Source: Candidatus Zixiibacteriota bacterium (GTDB lineage: Bacteria > RBG-13-66-14 > B26-G2 > WVWN01). Taken from it: a stretch of DNA of 64,000 bases. The DNA is taken from the NCBI GenBank assembly GCA_011773985.1, contig WVWN01000062.1, forward strand, positions 132,084-196,083, read 5' to 3'. Below are positions 47,392 to 57,913 of the stretch, piece after piece. A program made the position numbers and the translations under genes. The notes below the pieces were generated by a model that saw only the letters and a list, made by a program, of their open reading frames with translations, was not told the DNA's origin and ran no database searches. The first letter of the stretch is position 1, and each line of letters opens with the position of its first letter.

Positions 47392-48011
47392 CGGCCTCCG
47401 AGCCTCCGGGAAAGACGCCGCCGTTCGGCCTCAATGATGCACTTCCCCGCGGCGACGGCGTCGTCGAGGCGGTCGTTCACGATGAAGTAGTCGAACTCGG
47501 GCGCGGCGCCAATCTCGAGCTCCGCCTGGGCGACGCGGCGCTCGATATCGGACGGTTCGTTCTGGCTTCTCTCTTGCAAGCGCACCCGCAATTCCTCCAG
47601 CGAGGGCGGTAGGATAATAACCGAAATTGCCGCGGCGTAAAGCGGTTTTATTTGTTTCGCCCCTTGGATGTCGACGTCGAGAAGGACGTCGCCTTGGGTT
47701 AACTTCTCCTCGAGCTGGTCGCGCGACGTGCCGTAGCGGTGGCCGTAGACCGTAGCGTATTCGGCGAATTTCCCTTCGCGCACCATACGCTCGAATTCGT
47801 TTTCGTCTATAAAAAAATAGTGCCGGCCTTCGACCTCGTCGGCTCGAGCGCGCCGCGTAGTATGAGAAACGGAAAAACTAACGTCCGGAACGATCTTCAA
47901 AAGGGCCCGGCAAACGGTAGACTTCCCCGCGCCGGAAGGTCCCGAGAACACGAAAAGGCAACCGCCCCTCGGCGCCCGGATCAACTTAAAAACGTCAAGC
48001 TCGTCGTTCAT
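47388..48011 (-). CDS. gmk: Guanylate kinase
   Basis: P-loop SGPSGAGKST and the GMP-binding region. Confidence 0.9.
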   Translation of the reverse strand: MNDELDVFKLIRAPRGGCLFVFSGPSGAGKSTVCRALLKIVPDVSFSVSHTTRRARADEVEGRHYFFIDENEFERMVREGKFAEYATVYGHRYGTSRDQLEEKLTQGDVLLDVDIQGAKQIKPLYAAAISVIILPPSLEELRVRLQERSQNEPSDIERRVAQAELEIGAAPEFDYFIVNDRLDDAVAAGKCIIEAERRRLSRRLGGR

Positions 48012-48679
48012 CGCCAGAAACGCTCGAGCACTTCTTCGAGCTGTTCGCCGCCCCGCACCGGCCTGGGCGGCTCTACCGTGAAATCTGCTACAAACGAAGC
48101 CCTGGCCATAGGCGTACGCCCGGCGTCAATCGCGAGAGTCGCCTCGTCCAAAATCGGCGCCGGGACCTGCTCCAGAATTTGAGGTTCCTCGGCCGAGGGA
48201 TAATTGGCGCTCACGGAATAAACGAACTTACTGAACTTCAACATAATCCTGATCAGGCCGCCTTTGGGAACGCGCAGGGCAATCGCCCCCGCGGCGTTGG
48301 TCATCGGCGGCCTCCATTTTTCCCTCGCCTCGACGATTACGGAAATCGGGTCCGGTACGCGGCGGCAAAAACCCTCGACGCGGCCCAGGTTTTGGCGCGT
48401 AAGCATACGGGCGTATTGCCAATCCGGCGCGAGGACGATCGAGGGTTGGTGTCGCGGCCGCCCTTTTATCGCGTATAATTTTTCCACCGGCTCTCGCCAC
48501 GGCGACGCCGCCCCGCCCTCCCTTAGTTTTTCGATATCTTTCAAACGAAACGTCGCCGCGGTGAGGCCGTAAACGGTGTCCGTGGGGAGGATTACGACCC
48601 GCCCTGCGTTTAGCGCCGCCGCGGCCAGGCCCACCGCGCCCGCAATCCCCACTTTATCCAGCTTGACGACTTCCGCCAA
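48008..48679 (-). CDS. tsaC: L-threonylcarbamoyladenylate synthase (YrdC/TsaC type)
   Basis: PTDTVYGL and IKGRP motifs of the YrdC/Sua5 fold. Confidence 0.75.
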   Translation of the reverse strand: MAEVVKLDKVGIAGAVGLAAAALNAGRVVILPTDTVYGLTAATFRLKDIEKLREGGAASPWREPVEKLYAIKGRPRHQPSIVLAPDWQYARMLTRQNLGRVEGFCRRVPDPISVIVEAREKWRPPMTNAAGAIALRVPKGGLIRIMLKFSKFVYSVSANYPSAEEPQILEQVPAPILDEATLAIDAGRTPMARASFVADFTVEPPRPVRGGEQLEEVLERFWR

Positions 48680-48684
48680 AGCCC

Positions 48685-49176
48685 TTAACCCAACTCTACG
48701 TCTTTCGCCGCGGCTTCGGCCAATTTCTCGCGGTAAGAACGAAGCCTCGAGCGCAATTCACCGTCTTCGAGGGCGAGAATTCGCGCGGCCAACAACGCGG
48801 CGTTTGTCGCGCCCGCCTCGCCCACCGCCACCGTCGCGACGGGAACCCCGGCCGGCATCTGAACCGTCGATAGTAACGCGTCCAGACCGTCGGCGACGCC
48901 CCCCGGCATCGGCACGCCGATCACCGGGAGGTCCGTGAGCGCCGCGACGACGCCCGCCAAATGCGCGGCCATCCCGGCGCCGCAAATGATCACTCTGACG
49001 CCGCGCCCCGCCGCTTCCTGAGCGTATGCCCTCACGCGCTCGGGCGCCCGGTGCGCCGAAGATACGCGGACCTCGTAGCCTATTCCCAGCTCTTTTAATG
49101 TCGCCGCGGCCCGCCCCATAATCCCGAGGTCGGCCTCGCTACCAACGAGGATACCGACGAAGGCTTTTTCGACCAT
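48685..49176 (-). CDS. purE: N5-carboxyaminoimidazole ribonucleotide mutase
   Basis: VGILVGSEADL, SAHRAPE and GAGMAAHL, the class I PurE signatures. Confidence 0.9.
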   Translation of the reverse strand: MVEKAFVGILVGSEADLGIMGRAAATLKELGIGYEVRVSSAHRAPERVRAYAQEAAGRGVRVIICGAGMAAHLAGVVAALTDLPVIGVPMPGGVADGLDALLSTVQMPAGVPVATVAVGEAGATNAALLAARILALEDGELRSRLRSYREKLAEAAAKDVELG

Positions 49177-49183
49177 CCGGTTA

Positions 49184-50488
49184 TTACTTGCTCCGCGCGA
49201 GGGCTTTTTGCCCTATGTCGCGGCGGTAATATATGCCGGGAAATTTAATCCGGCCTATGGCGTCGTACGCCCGCTTAACGGCGTCGGCCACGTTGACACC
49301 CAAAGCCGTTACGGCGAGGACGCGTCCCCCCGCGGTTACGACCGAATCGTCTTCTTTGGCCGTTCCCGCGTGGAAAACGATTACGTCCTCCATCTTCCCG
49401 ACTTCGTCGAGACCTTTGACGGCGAAGCCGCGTTCGTATTCCCCGGGGTAGCCCTTCGACGCCGCGACCACGCTTACGGCCGCGCCCGGCCGCCAAGCGA
49501 AACGATTGAACTCCAGCTTGCCCGCGGCCGTGCTCGCGCACACCTCGTAAAGGTCGTCCGATAGTAACGGTAACATCGCCTGGACTTCCGGGTCGCCGAA
49601 ACGACAGTTAAACTCCAATAACTTCGGCCCCTCGAAATCTACTATTAAACCGGCGTACAGGCATCCCTGGTACGGCGCCCCCGAATCCGAGAGCGCCGCT
49701 ATCGCCGGTTCGATAATCGTCTCCGTTATGGAATTGAGCATCTTGCCGTCGATCACCGGCGCCGGCGCGTACGCGCCCATGCCGCCCGTATTCGGCCCGC
49801 CGTCGCCGTCTTTCAACCGCTTATGGTCCTGGGAAGGTATCATGACGGCGGCGCGTTCGCCATCCGTGACCGCCAAAATCGAAGCCTCTTCGCCGCTTAT
49901 ATAATCCTCTACCAGGACCCTCTCTCCGGCGGCGCCGAACTCCTTTTCGGCCATCGTTCTCTGGAGAGCGGCGTGGGCCTCCTCCTCGGTCATCGCGACG
50001 GTCACGCCTTTACCCGCGGCCAGGCCGTCGGCCTTTACGACGCACGGCGCGCCGCTTATATCAATGTACCGCTTCGCGGCCTCGAAGTCGTCGAATATCT
50101 CGGCGGGCGCGGTCGGGATGCCCGCTTCCAGCGCGAGTTTTTTCGCGAAAATCTTGGACGACTCGATACGCGCCGCTTGTTTGGTCGGGCCGAAGATGGC
50201 CAGCTTGGCCGCGCGGAAGCGGTCGACGATGCCCGCCGCCAACGGCGCCTCCGGCCCTACGACCGTCAAGTCGACCCGCTCCTTCCGCGCGAACTTCACG
50301 AGCGCTTCGATGTCGCCGGGGCCGACGGGGATATTTTCCGCTATCTCCGCCGTGCCCGCGTTACCCGGCGCGGCGAATATCGGCCCGACCTGGGGCGAGC
50401 GGCGAAAGGACCAAACGAGCGTATGTTCGCGGCCGCCGCCGCCCACGACGAGGACCGACTTCTTCTTCCCCGCTCTCTTAGCCGTCAT
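49184..50488 (-). CDS. purD: Phosphoribosylamine-glycine ligase
   Basis: ATP-grasp fold with VLVVGGGGREH at the N-terminus. Confidence 0.9.
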   Translation of the reverse strand: MTAKRAGKKKSVLVVGGGGREHTLVWSFRRSPQVGPIFAAPGNAGTAEIAENIPVGPGDIEALVKFARKERVDLTVVGPEAPLAAGIVDRFRAAKLAIFGPTKQAARIESSKIFAKKLALEAGIPTAPAEIFDDFEAAKRYIDISGAPCVVKADGLAAGKGVTVAMTEEEAHAALQRTMAEKEFGAAGERVLVEDYISGEEASILAVTDGERAAVMIPSQDHKRLKDGDGGPNTGGMGAYAPAPVIDGKMLNSITETIIEPAIAALSDSGAPYQGCLYAGLIVDFEGPKLLEFNCRFGDPEVQAMLPLLSDDLYEVCASTAAGKLEFNRFAWRPGAAVSVVAASKGYPGEYERGFAVKGLDEVGKMEDVIVFHAGTAKEDDSVVTAGGRVLAVTALGVNVADAVKRAYDAIGRIKFPGIYYRRDIGQKALARSK

Positions 50489-50530
50489 ATCCTTGTATTA
50501 TTTTAAGCTTCGCCGCGCTCGCGGCGAACG

Positions 50531-52060
50531 TTAATGCCTGAAGTGGCGCCTTTCCGCGAAGAAAAGGGCGACGTCGTATTTGCGCGCAAGCTCGACGACG
50601 AGCTCGTCCGCCTTGGAGCCCGCCGGTTGGACGATGGCAAGGACCCCCGCGCGGCACAGCTCTTCCGGCGCGTCCCCCATAGGAAAGAAGCCGTCCGAGG
50701 CCGCGACCGCGCCCCGCGCCGCTTCCCCCGCACGCCGGACCGCGTCTTGCGTGGGCCACAAACGGTTCACGGACCCCGCGCCTATAGCCAACGTCGCGAG
50801 TTCTTTGGCGAGGACGACGGCGTTGGACCTCGCGTACTTGGCTACGGTCCAAGCGAATCTCAAATCCTCCATTACCACGGCCTCGACCTTCCGCCCCGCC
50901 AACTGCTCCCAACGGTCGCGCGCCGCGGGCCGCCGGTCCGCCTCCTGCGCCAAGACGTAGCCGCCGACGCTCCGGTAATCGACCTCGGGCCTGGCCAGTT
51001 TCCCCGCGAATATGCGCAGGCGGTCCGTCCACTTCTTAGCGGTCCTCAAATAATCGACGACGCCGCTGGCGAAGGACGGCGCCGCGACGGCGTGGAAATA
51101 AATTCCCTTGGCCATCGTCGCCGCCGCGGCCGCGGCATCCACCGGGCCGTTGAAGGCGACGACGCCGCCGTACGCCGAGAGGGGGTCCGCGGCCCACGCC
51201 CGGTCGAACGCTTCCGCAAGCTTGCTCGCCACGGCGACGCCGCACGGGCCGCCGTGCTTGACGACCGCGCACGCCGGCCCCTCGAGCTCGTTCGCCAAGC
51301 TGATGGCAGCGCTTAAGTCAAGGAAATTGTTATACGAGGGCGGCGGGCCGGCCAGTTGTCTTAGGGCCGAGGCGCCGCCGCCGTATACCGCGGCCCGCTG
51401 GTGCGGGTTTTCGCCGTAGGCGGTATCGAGTACCTTTTCGTAATATAATAACATATGGTCGCCGAAATGTTTTCGACGCGGCTTAGATTCGCCGAAATAA
51501 TTCGTAATCGCGACGTCGTAGCGGGCCGTAGTCGCGAAGGCCGCCTGGGCCAGCTCGCGGCGCCAACTAAGCTCGTTGAACCCCTCTCTCAGCCGCGCGA
51601 GCGCATCGGCGTATTGCGATGGCGACGAGAGGACTACCAGCCGTTCGTAATTCTTGGCCGCGGCCCGCAAGAGGGCGACGCCGCCCACGTCTATCTCCTC
51701 TAATACCTCGGCCTCGGCGGCCCCTCGCCTCCGCGCCGCCTCCTCGAACGGGTACAGGTTGACCGCCACGAGGTCGATGGGCCTGATTTTTAATCTCTTC
51801 AGCGCGCGGCGATGGGCCGGCGTGGCCCGGGCGAGAATGCCGCCGAATACGTACGGGTGCAGCGTCTTCACGCGGCCGCCCAATATCTCCGGGAAGCCGG
51901 TGAGGTCGGCGACCTCGGCGGTGCGCACGCGCGCCCGGCGCAGCGCCCGCGCCGTACCGCCCGTACTCACGACGTCGTAACCCACCTCGCGCAGGCCCCG
52001 CGCTAATTCTACCGCGCCCGTTTTGTCGTATACCGCCATGAGTGCCGTTCGTTCCGCCAC
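50531..52060 (-). CDS. purH: Bifunctional AICAR transformylase / IMP cyclohydrolase
   Basis: MGS-like N-terminal domain ALMAVYDKTG...STGGTA and the AICARFT C-terminal domain. Confidence 0.9.
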   Translation of the reverse strand: MAERTALMAVYDKTGAVELARGLREVGYDVVSTGGTARALRRARVRTAEVADLTGFPEILGGRVKTLHPYVFGGILARATPAHRRALKRLKIRPIDLVAVNLYPFEEAARRRGAAEAEVLEEIDVGGVALLRAAAKNYERLVVLSSPSQYADALARLREGFNELSWRRELAQAAFATTARYDVAITNYFGESKPRRKHFGDHMLLYYEKVLDTAYGENPHQRAAVYGGGASALRQLAGPPPSYNNFLDLSAAISLANELEGPACAVVKHGGPCGVAVASKLAEAFDRAWAADPLSAYGGVVAFNGPVDAAAAAATMAKGIYFHAVAAPSFASGVVDYLRTAKKWTDRLRIFAGKLARPEVDYRSVGGYVLAQEADRRPAARDRWEQLAGRKVEAVVMEDLRFAWTVAKYARSNAVVLAKELATLAIGAGSVNRLWPTQDAVRRAGEAARGAVAASDGFFPMGDAPEELCRAGVLAIVQPAGSKADELVVELARKYDVALFFAERRHFRH

Positions 52061-52579
52061 CTACGAACCTCCGCTTATTTTGATATCGATGCCCGCTTCC
52101 TCCATAATCGCGAAGCCGAGCTCGTCGGGATACTTCTCCGTCGCGACGACGCGCCGCACGCCGGCGTTCACCAACATCTTCGCGCAAATGACGCAGGGAG
52201 TACCGCCCCAAACGTATATCGCGGCCTCGTTGCTCGAGACGCCGTTGCGCGCGCACTGGATGAGGCAGTTCTGCTCGGCGTGCAGGCCGCGACACAACTC
52301 GTGTCGTTCGCCGGGGGCGACGCCGCTCAGTTTCCGAATGCAGAACGGGCAGTGCGGAAGGCCCGCGGGCGCGCCGTTATACCCGGTCGCCAGTATCCGC
52401 CGGTCGCGGACCAAGACCGCGCCGACGTTCCGGCTGAGGCAGGTCGAACGCTCCGCGACGAGCGCCGCGATATCCATAAAGTACTCGTCCCAGCTCTTGC
52501 GCTTACGGAGTTCGACGGGCGGCGTTTCCGAGATGCCGAGCTGCTCAAGTAGAATAGCTATGTCTTTGGGCAGGTCCAT
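52061..52579 (-). CDS. dCMP deaminase (ComEB-type cytidine/deoxycytidylate deaminase)
   Basis: HAEQNC with the PC..C zinc-binding motifs. Confidence 0.85.
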   Translation of the reverse strand: MDLPKDIAILLEQLGISETPPVELRKRKSWDEYFMDIAALVAERSTCLSRNVGAVLVRDRRILATGYNGAPAGLPHCPFCIRKLSGVAPGERHELCRGLHAEQNCLIQCARNGVSSNEAAIYVWGGTPCVICAKMLVNAGVRRVVATEKYPDELGFAIMEEAGIDIKISGGS

Positions 52580-52634
52580 TTATAAAACTTATTCTCCGAC
52601 CTCGCGCGCGTCCGGCTCACGATATCGACGGAAG

Positions 52635-53936
52635 CTACATCGGGAACGGGTAATCGCGGAACGCGGCGAGTATTCGACTTAAGAAGTATATATTGCTACC
52701 CGCCTCCAGGATAAGGAAACAAACCAGAAAGCCGCCGAGGGCGTAAAAACCCTTCGCGCCCGGGCGGCCGTACCGGCGCAACGCGAGCGCGAGCGACGCC
52801 AACAGCGGAAAGGTAGAACTTATCGCGTAGATATACAAGGCGGTCCCGTAGAAGCTGTAAAAAACGAAATAGAACGCGAACGTCAGAAGCAAAGCGAACA
52901 AGATGGGCTGCCGGCTTTCCCTGTTCTTCACGAACGAGTAACCGCCCAAAATTATCAATCCGACCCAAAACGCCGCGGCGACGGTCCCCAACGGCGTTAA
53001 CCGCGGGATGTCCAATTCGACGAAGGGCTTCCGGGGAAGGCAATATTCCCCCGCCGAATACCACGTCGTTACCGTCACGGGCGCTATAAAATTATAAAGG
53101 AATAAGACGCCGGCCAATTTTCCCAACCGAGCCAAAACGTAACCCAAAGAGAGGTCGTTAAAATATTTTATTATCGGCGAATAGGAACCGAGCTCCGCGC
53201 GGTACACGCCGGGAAGGAAAAATATCGTCGAACTTGGATATAAAAGCTTTTGCCCTAGGCTCAGGACCGCCGCGCAAGCGGTCACCAAAACGCCGAAAAG
53301 GGCCGTCTTTGCCAATAAGAATTTGAACGAAACCCTTTTGTAAATGCCGGCCGCAAAAGCTATCGCCGCCGGAACCAGGCTCGGCGTCGCCATACCCAAC
53401 GCGAAGACGCCGGCCGGTAAAAACCGGGACGTACTGCCGGGGGCCCAGACCGCCAGCAAGTAAAGTAATATTACCCCGGCCGCCGCGAAGATCCACGTCT
53501 CCGGCGTCGACGCGAAAAAAATATGGGTCGCGGAAAATCCCAGTATCGCCGCAAAGGCCGTCGCGTGAAACCCCGACAACCCCGCCCGCCCCAGGAAAGC
53601 CCTGGCCATTACGACGCACAGCGCACCCGCCGTGGAGCTCATCAATACGGCCGCGATTAAACGCGAGCCGAGCGCTCTCGCCAGAACTACGCCCAGCGGA
53701 TTTAGAATTAATACGAATAACGGATGTACGTCCGTCCGGCTGTGGTCGACGTTTACTTCCGTCAGGTCGCGGATAACGCGTCCGTGGTCCGCTTTAAGTA
53801 GGGCGCTCAGGTGCGTATACGCGCCCGCCTTGCCCAACGCTATTCCCCAAACGAAATATAACGCCCCGAAAAATACAAAGAGAACCAGATATGTTATTAA
53901 AGCCTTATTCCGTTCGCCGTAGTCGTGGCCTGCCAT
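52635..53936 (-). CDS. Polytopic membrane protein (GT-C / polymerase-like) inserted in the pur cluster
   Basis: At least 11 TM helices and an early-loop motif RTDVHPLFVLILNPLG. ATG MAGHDY at 53936 preferred, which removes the overlap with purM that the track start 53996 creates. Confidence 0.45.
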   Translation of the reverse strand: MAGHDYGERNKALITYLVLFVFFGALYFVWGIALGKAGAYTHLSALLKADHGRVIRDLTEVNVDHSRTDVHPLFVLILNPLGVVLARALGSRLIAAVLMSSTAGALCVVMARAFLGRAGLSGFHATAFAAILGFSATHIFFASTPETWIFAAAGVILLYLLAVWAPGSTSRFLPAGVFALGMATPSLVPAAIAFAAGIYKRVSFKFLLAKTALFGVLVTACAAVLSLGQKLLYPSSTIFFLPGVYRAELGSYSPIIKYFNDLSLGYVLARLGKLAGVLFLYNFIAPVTVTTWYSAGEYCLPRKPFVELDIPRLTPLGTVAAAFWVGLIILGGYSFVKNRESRQPILFALLLTFAFYFVFYSFYGTALYIYAISSTFPLLASLALALRRYGRPGAKGFYALGGFLVCFLILEAGSNIYFLSRILAAFRDYPFPM

Positions 53937-53962
53937 TTCCGGCTCCGCGTCCTCAGGAACTA

Positions 53963-54970
53963 CTACGACAGCGCCACGCCCTCCCCGCGCGTGCACTCGC
54001 CGACTATCATGCCTTCGCCCAACGCGTCAAGCGCCCGCGCCTCGTCGCCCCGCCGGACGACGACCAACATCCCCAGGCCCATATTGAAGACGTCGTACAT
54101 CTCCTCCTCGGAAACGTCGCCCCACGCGGCGACCTTCGTAAAAATCTCCGGTACGTGCCAGCGACCCTTCTCGAGCCGGGCCCCTACCCCCTCCGGCAAG
54201 ACGCGCTTGAGGTTGCCGGGTATGCCGCCGCCCGTCACGTGGGCTATCGCGTGGACGTCCACGCCCGCGTCGAGCAGGTCCATTATCGCCGACACGTAGA
54301 TACGCATCGGCGTCAAAAGCTCCTCGCCCAACGTCCGGCCGTCGCCGAAATGTTCGGAGTATTCCCGGCCCTGGTCTTCAATCACTTTACGGATTAGCGT
54401 AAAGCCGTTGGCGTGCGCGCCGGAGGAGGCCAGGCCGAGGACCGCGTCGCCCGCGGCCGCGCGCGAGCCGTCTATGACCTTCGACCGCTCCACTATGCCG
54501 ACGGCAAAACCGGCGAGGTCGTACCGCCCGGGCCGGTAAAAAGAGGGAAGTTGGGACGTCTCGCCGCCGAGTAGCGCGCAGCCGGCCTGCCGGCACCCTT
54601 CGACTATTCCCTTGATTATATCTTCCCCTTGCGCCAACTCGAGCCGACCGACGGCCATGTAATCCAGGAAGAAGAGCGGCCGGGCGCCGCAACAAATGAC
54701 GTCGTTGACGCACAGCGCGACGAGGTCGATGCCGACGGTGCGGTGGTCGTCCAGCGCGAAAGCTACTTCCAATTTCGAGCCGACGCCGTCCGTGCCCGCG
54801 GCGAGCACGGGTTTCTTATAGCCGAGGTCGCCGATGTCCATAAGGCCCGAGAACAGGCCGATATCGCCGATTACGCCCGCGCCGTCGAGAACGTGGGAGA
54901 GCCTCTTTATCCGCCCGACGAACTTGTCGGCGCTGCGCTGGTCGACGCCGGCATCTTTGTACGTAACCAA
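53963..54970 (-). CDS. purM: Phosphoribosylformylglycinamidine cyclo-ligase
   Basis: N-terminus YKDAGVD and the AIR-synthase-related N- and C-domains. Confidence 0.9.
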   Translation of the reverse strand: MVTYKDAGVDQRSADKFVGRIKRLSHVLDGAGVIGDIGLFSGLMDIGDLGYKKPVLAAGTDGVGSKLEVAFALDDHRTVGIDLVALCVNDVICCGARPLFFLDYMAVGRLELAQGEDIIKGIVEGCRQAGCALLGGETSQLPSFYRPGRYDLAGFAVGIVERSKVIDGSRAAAGDAVLGLASSGAHANGFTLIRKVIEDQGREYSEHFGDGRTLGEELLTPMRIYVSAIMDLLDAGVDVHAIAHVTGGGIPGNLKRVLPEGVGARLEKGRWHVPEIFTKVAAWGDVSEEEMYDVFNMGLGMLVVVRRGDEARALDALGEGMIVGECTRGEGVALS

Positions 54971-54993
54971 GGAAAGGTGCCTCCGGAATGTTT

Positions 54994-55764
54994 TTAGAAG
55001 TACGTAAAACGCTCCGCGGCGTACAGGCGCCTCTTGATGGTGACGAAAACGATGAAAACTACGAGTACGCCGAGCGAGTAGAAGAACCGAGCGTCCGTCT
55101 CGCCGAAGGCGACGTCGCGATTGTAAATCAACGTCGTAGTCGCGACGAGGTGTTGGAGTATCGCCGTCAAAAGGAGCGAGCGCGACCAGAAATAAAATAA
55201 CGAATAACCGAGGCCGAATACCGCGAGCGCGAAGAGCGTTTTGACGTCGAGCCCTCCGTCCAAGACGTTGAATTGGGCGACGTAATACAACGCCCAGGCG
55301 AGCGCGGCTATGACCGTGGCGGGCGCTACGGGCATACGGCCTTTTAGAGCGGGCAAGAGGACGCCGATGGTCGCGATCACCGACGCCAAATGCAGCGCGG
55401 CGGGGCCCAGGAACGTAGCCAACGCGAGCCCCCCGGGGCGCCCCTCCGCGAAAATGGCCACGAGCATCTCAACGCGGGCGAAGAGAAATACCACCACCAA
55501 AACGGCGAACGCGTTGTCCCCAGTCCCCGGCGCAGGCCACATAGGCAACGTCAAGCGCGCCCGCGCGCCGAGCCAAAGCGGCGCCACGATTCCCGCGAGC
55601 GTAACCGCGCCGACGTATAACAGCCCGTTGGCGACTAGCGCGCGTCCCGCAGGCGCGGCCGCGGCGGGGCCGCCGAAAACGGCGTTCGCCACGGCTACGA
55701 GCGCGACGAACGCAACGTATACCGCGAGCGCCGGCGCGAGCGACCCTCTAACGTTCGCAACCAT
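54994..55764 (-). CDS. Hypothetical integral membrane protein
   Basis: Seven or eight TM helices. No diagnostic motif. Confidence 0.4.
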   Translation of the reverse strand: MVANVRGSLAPALAVYVAFVALVAVANAVFGGPAAAAPAGRALVANGLLYVGAVTLAGIVAPLWLGARARLTLPMWPAPGTGDNAFAVLVVVFLFARVEMLVAIFAEGRPGGLALATFLGPAALHLASVIATIGVLLPALKGRMPVAPATVIAALAWALYYVAQFNVLDGGLDVKTLFALAVFGLGYSLFYFWSRSLLLTAILQHLVATTTLIYNRDVAFGETDARFFYSLGVLVVFIVFVTIKRRLYAAERFTYF

Positions 55765-55769
55765 ATCCG

Positions 55770-57218
55770 TCAGAACATCTTGTCGCCGAAGAGCTTGGGC
55801 GCCATCATGTCTTTCGCGTATTGCTCGTAAATCGGCGTCGGATATTCGCCCGTAAAACAGGCCGAGCAGAAACGCGCCCCGACGTCCCCTTCGCTCATCA
55901 CGTCGCCGCCGATGGCGCGGCGTAGGCCCTCGAGGGAAAGGTAGCGCAGGGAATCGACGCCGATGTAGCGGCCTATCTCGTCCGCCGCGAGCCTCGAGCC
56001 GATAAGCTCCTCTCTCGTGGGCGTATCTATGCCGTAATAACAGGGGTAGCGCCAGGGCGGACAGCTGATGCGGAGGTGGATTTCGGCGGCGCCGGCGTTG
56101 CGCACGATGTCGATTATCTTGCGCGACGTCGTCCCGCGCACGATCGAATCGTCCACTATCACCAGAGACTTCCCGGCGATCAGGTCCCGCACCGGGTTAT
56201 ATTTGAGCCTGGTCCCGAAGGCGCGGATGCGTTGCTCCGGTTCTATGAACGTCCGGCCTATGTAATGGCTGCGGATGATGCCCAGCTCGAACGTTATCCC
56301 GGACTCCTCCGCGTAGCCCAGCGCCGCGCTGTTGGAGGAGTCGGGCACGGCTATAACCATATCCGCGGTAAAACCGGGGTCCTCCTCGCGCGCCAGCTCC
56401 ACGCCCAAGGCTTTCCTCGCGGCGTGGACGCCGCGCCCGAAGACGAACGAATCAGGCCGCGAAAAGTAAACCAACTCGAAGATGCACGTCGCTTGCTTCG
56501 TCGGTTCGAAAGGACGAGAAGATCTAACGCCGGCCGAGGTTATCTCGACGATTTCGCCGGGCTCGACGTCGCGCTCATACTTCGCGCCGACGAGGTCGAA
56601 GGCACAAGTCTCGGAGGCAACGACTATCGCGTTCCCGAGGGTACCCAGGCAGAGGGGCCGCCAACCGTGAGGGTCGCGGGCCGCCACCAGACGGTTCTCC
56701 TCCAAAAAGAGCATCGAATACGCTCCCTCGAGGCGCTTGAGGGCTTTCGGTATCGCGGCCGTCACGTCGTTGTTCTCGTCGTGCGCGATGAGATGTATTA
56801 CGATCTCGGCGTCGGAGGTGGAAGTGAAAATCGAGCCGCGCTGCTCCAACTCCTCCCGCAAGGGGAGGGCGTTCACGACGTTACCGTTATGGCAGACGGC
56901 AAGCGAACCTCTCAGGTAATCCACCTTTATCGGCTGCGCGTTGGCGAGGGCCGTCTCTCCCATCGTCGAGTACCGGACGTGTCCAATCGCGGCGTGCCCG
57001 GCGAGCCGCTTTAGCGTCTCCTCGCGGAAGACGTCGTTGACCAAGCCCAGCGCGCGGTGCTGACGAAGGCGTTTGCCGTCGGAGGCCACTATGCCCGCGG
57101 CCTCCTGGCCGCGGTGCTGAAGTGCGTAGATGCCGAGGTACGTCAACGTCGCCGCCTCCGCGTGCCCGAATATCCCGAAAACGCCGCAAGCCTCTTTGGG
57201 GTAGCAACCCGATCTCAT
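55770..57218 (-). CDS. purF: Amidophosphoribosyltransferase
   Basis: Ntn-type N-terminus CGVFGIF and the PRTase domain. Confidence 0.9.
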   Translation of the reverse strand: MRSGCYPKEACGVFGIFGHAEAATLTYLGIYALQHRGQEAAGIVASDGKRLRQHRALGLVNDVFREETLKRLAGHAAIGHVRYSTMGETALANAQPIKVDYLRGSLAVCHNGNVVNALPLREELEQRGSIFTSTSDAEIVIHLIAHDENNDVTAAIPKALKRLEGAYSMLFLEENRLVAARDPHGWRPLCLGTLGNAIVVASETCAFDLVGAKYERDVEPGEIVEITSAGVRSSRPFEPTKQATCIFELVYFSRPDSFVFGRGVHAARKALGVELAREEDPGFTADMVIAVPDSSNSAALGYAEESGITFELGIIRSHYIGRTFIEPEQRIRAFGTRLKYNPVRDLIAGKSLVIVDDSIVRGTTSRKIIDIVRNAGAAEIHLRISCPPWRYPCYYGIDTPTREELIGSRLAADEIGRYIGVDSLRYLSLEGLRRAIGGDVMSEGDVGARFCSACFTGEYPTPIYEQYAKDMMAPKLFGDKMF

Positions 57219-57381
57219 ATTCCTAAACCATCGGAAGAGCCGACGATTCCTTTGCCAACCTCCTCGTCACGGCCGCGAGGCCCATTAACCGCGAACCTCG
57301 CGCCGGCCGCGGCTTCCGCTATTCCCGTTTCCGCGGAAGGCACCGGCCCCGAAGTAAACGTGGGCAAAAAGGCCCCCGAGC

Positions 57382-57891
57382 CTACTGTATTTCGAGTTGT
57401 TCCCGCCAGAAGTTTTCGATCGCGGAAATGATATTGTAATATCTCTTATCGTCGAGGCCCTCCGCGCCGGTGACCGTAAAGCTGTTGTTCCGTTTAACCT
57501 CCTTTATTATCACCGCATACGTCGGTTCGTCTTTGGGCCCCTCCGGCGCGTCCCCCAATAAAAAGGCGCGGTTTTTACTCAGCTCGAGCCATATCTTCTC
57601 GAAGGACTCGAAGTCGACGTTGCGTTGCGCTACCGCGTAGTCGCGGTTGTGATATACGACGATGTACTCTACGTGGACCGTTTTAAACTCCGCCTCTTTC
57701 TCGTACACTTTGACGTTGAGGACCTTCACGGGCGACTTGCCCCCCGTCCGCGTGACCACGATCGCCCGACGGGCGCCCTCGGGAATACTCGCGTCCCGCG
57801 CCTCCACCTCGACCCGCTCGACGGGGTAAAGTTCTTCCCGCGGTATCATGGCCGTCGGCAAAAGTAAAAGGGCGATCAACAGAAGGATCAT
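57382..57891 (-). CDS. Hypothetical secreted protein
   Basis: Signal peptide MILLLIALLLLPTAMIP. Lies between purF and purC. Confidence 0.4.
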   Translation of the reverse strand: MILLLIALLLLPTAMIPREELYPVERVEVEARDASIPEGARRAIVVTRTGGKSPVKVLNVKVYEKEAEFKTVHVEYIVVYHNRDYAVAQRNVDFESFEKIWLELSKNRAFLLGDAPEGPKDEPTYAVIIKEVKRNNSFTVTGAEGLDDKRYYNIISAIENFWREQLEIQ

Positions 57892-57913
57892 TACTCCCCT
57901 CCCGCCTCCGGCG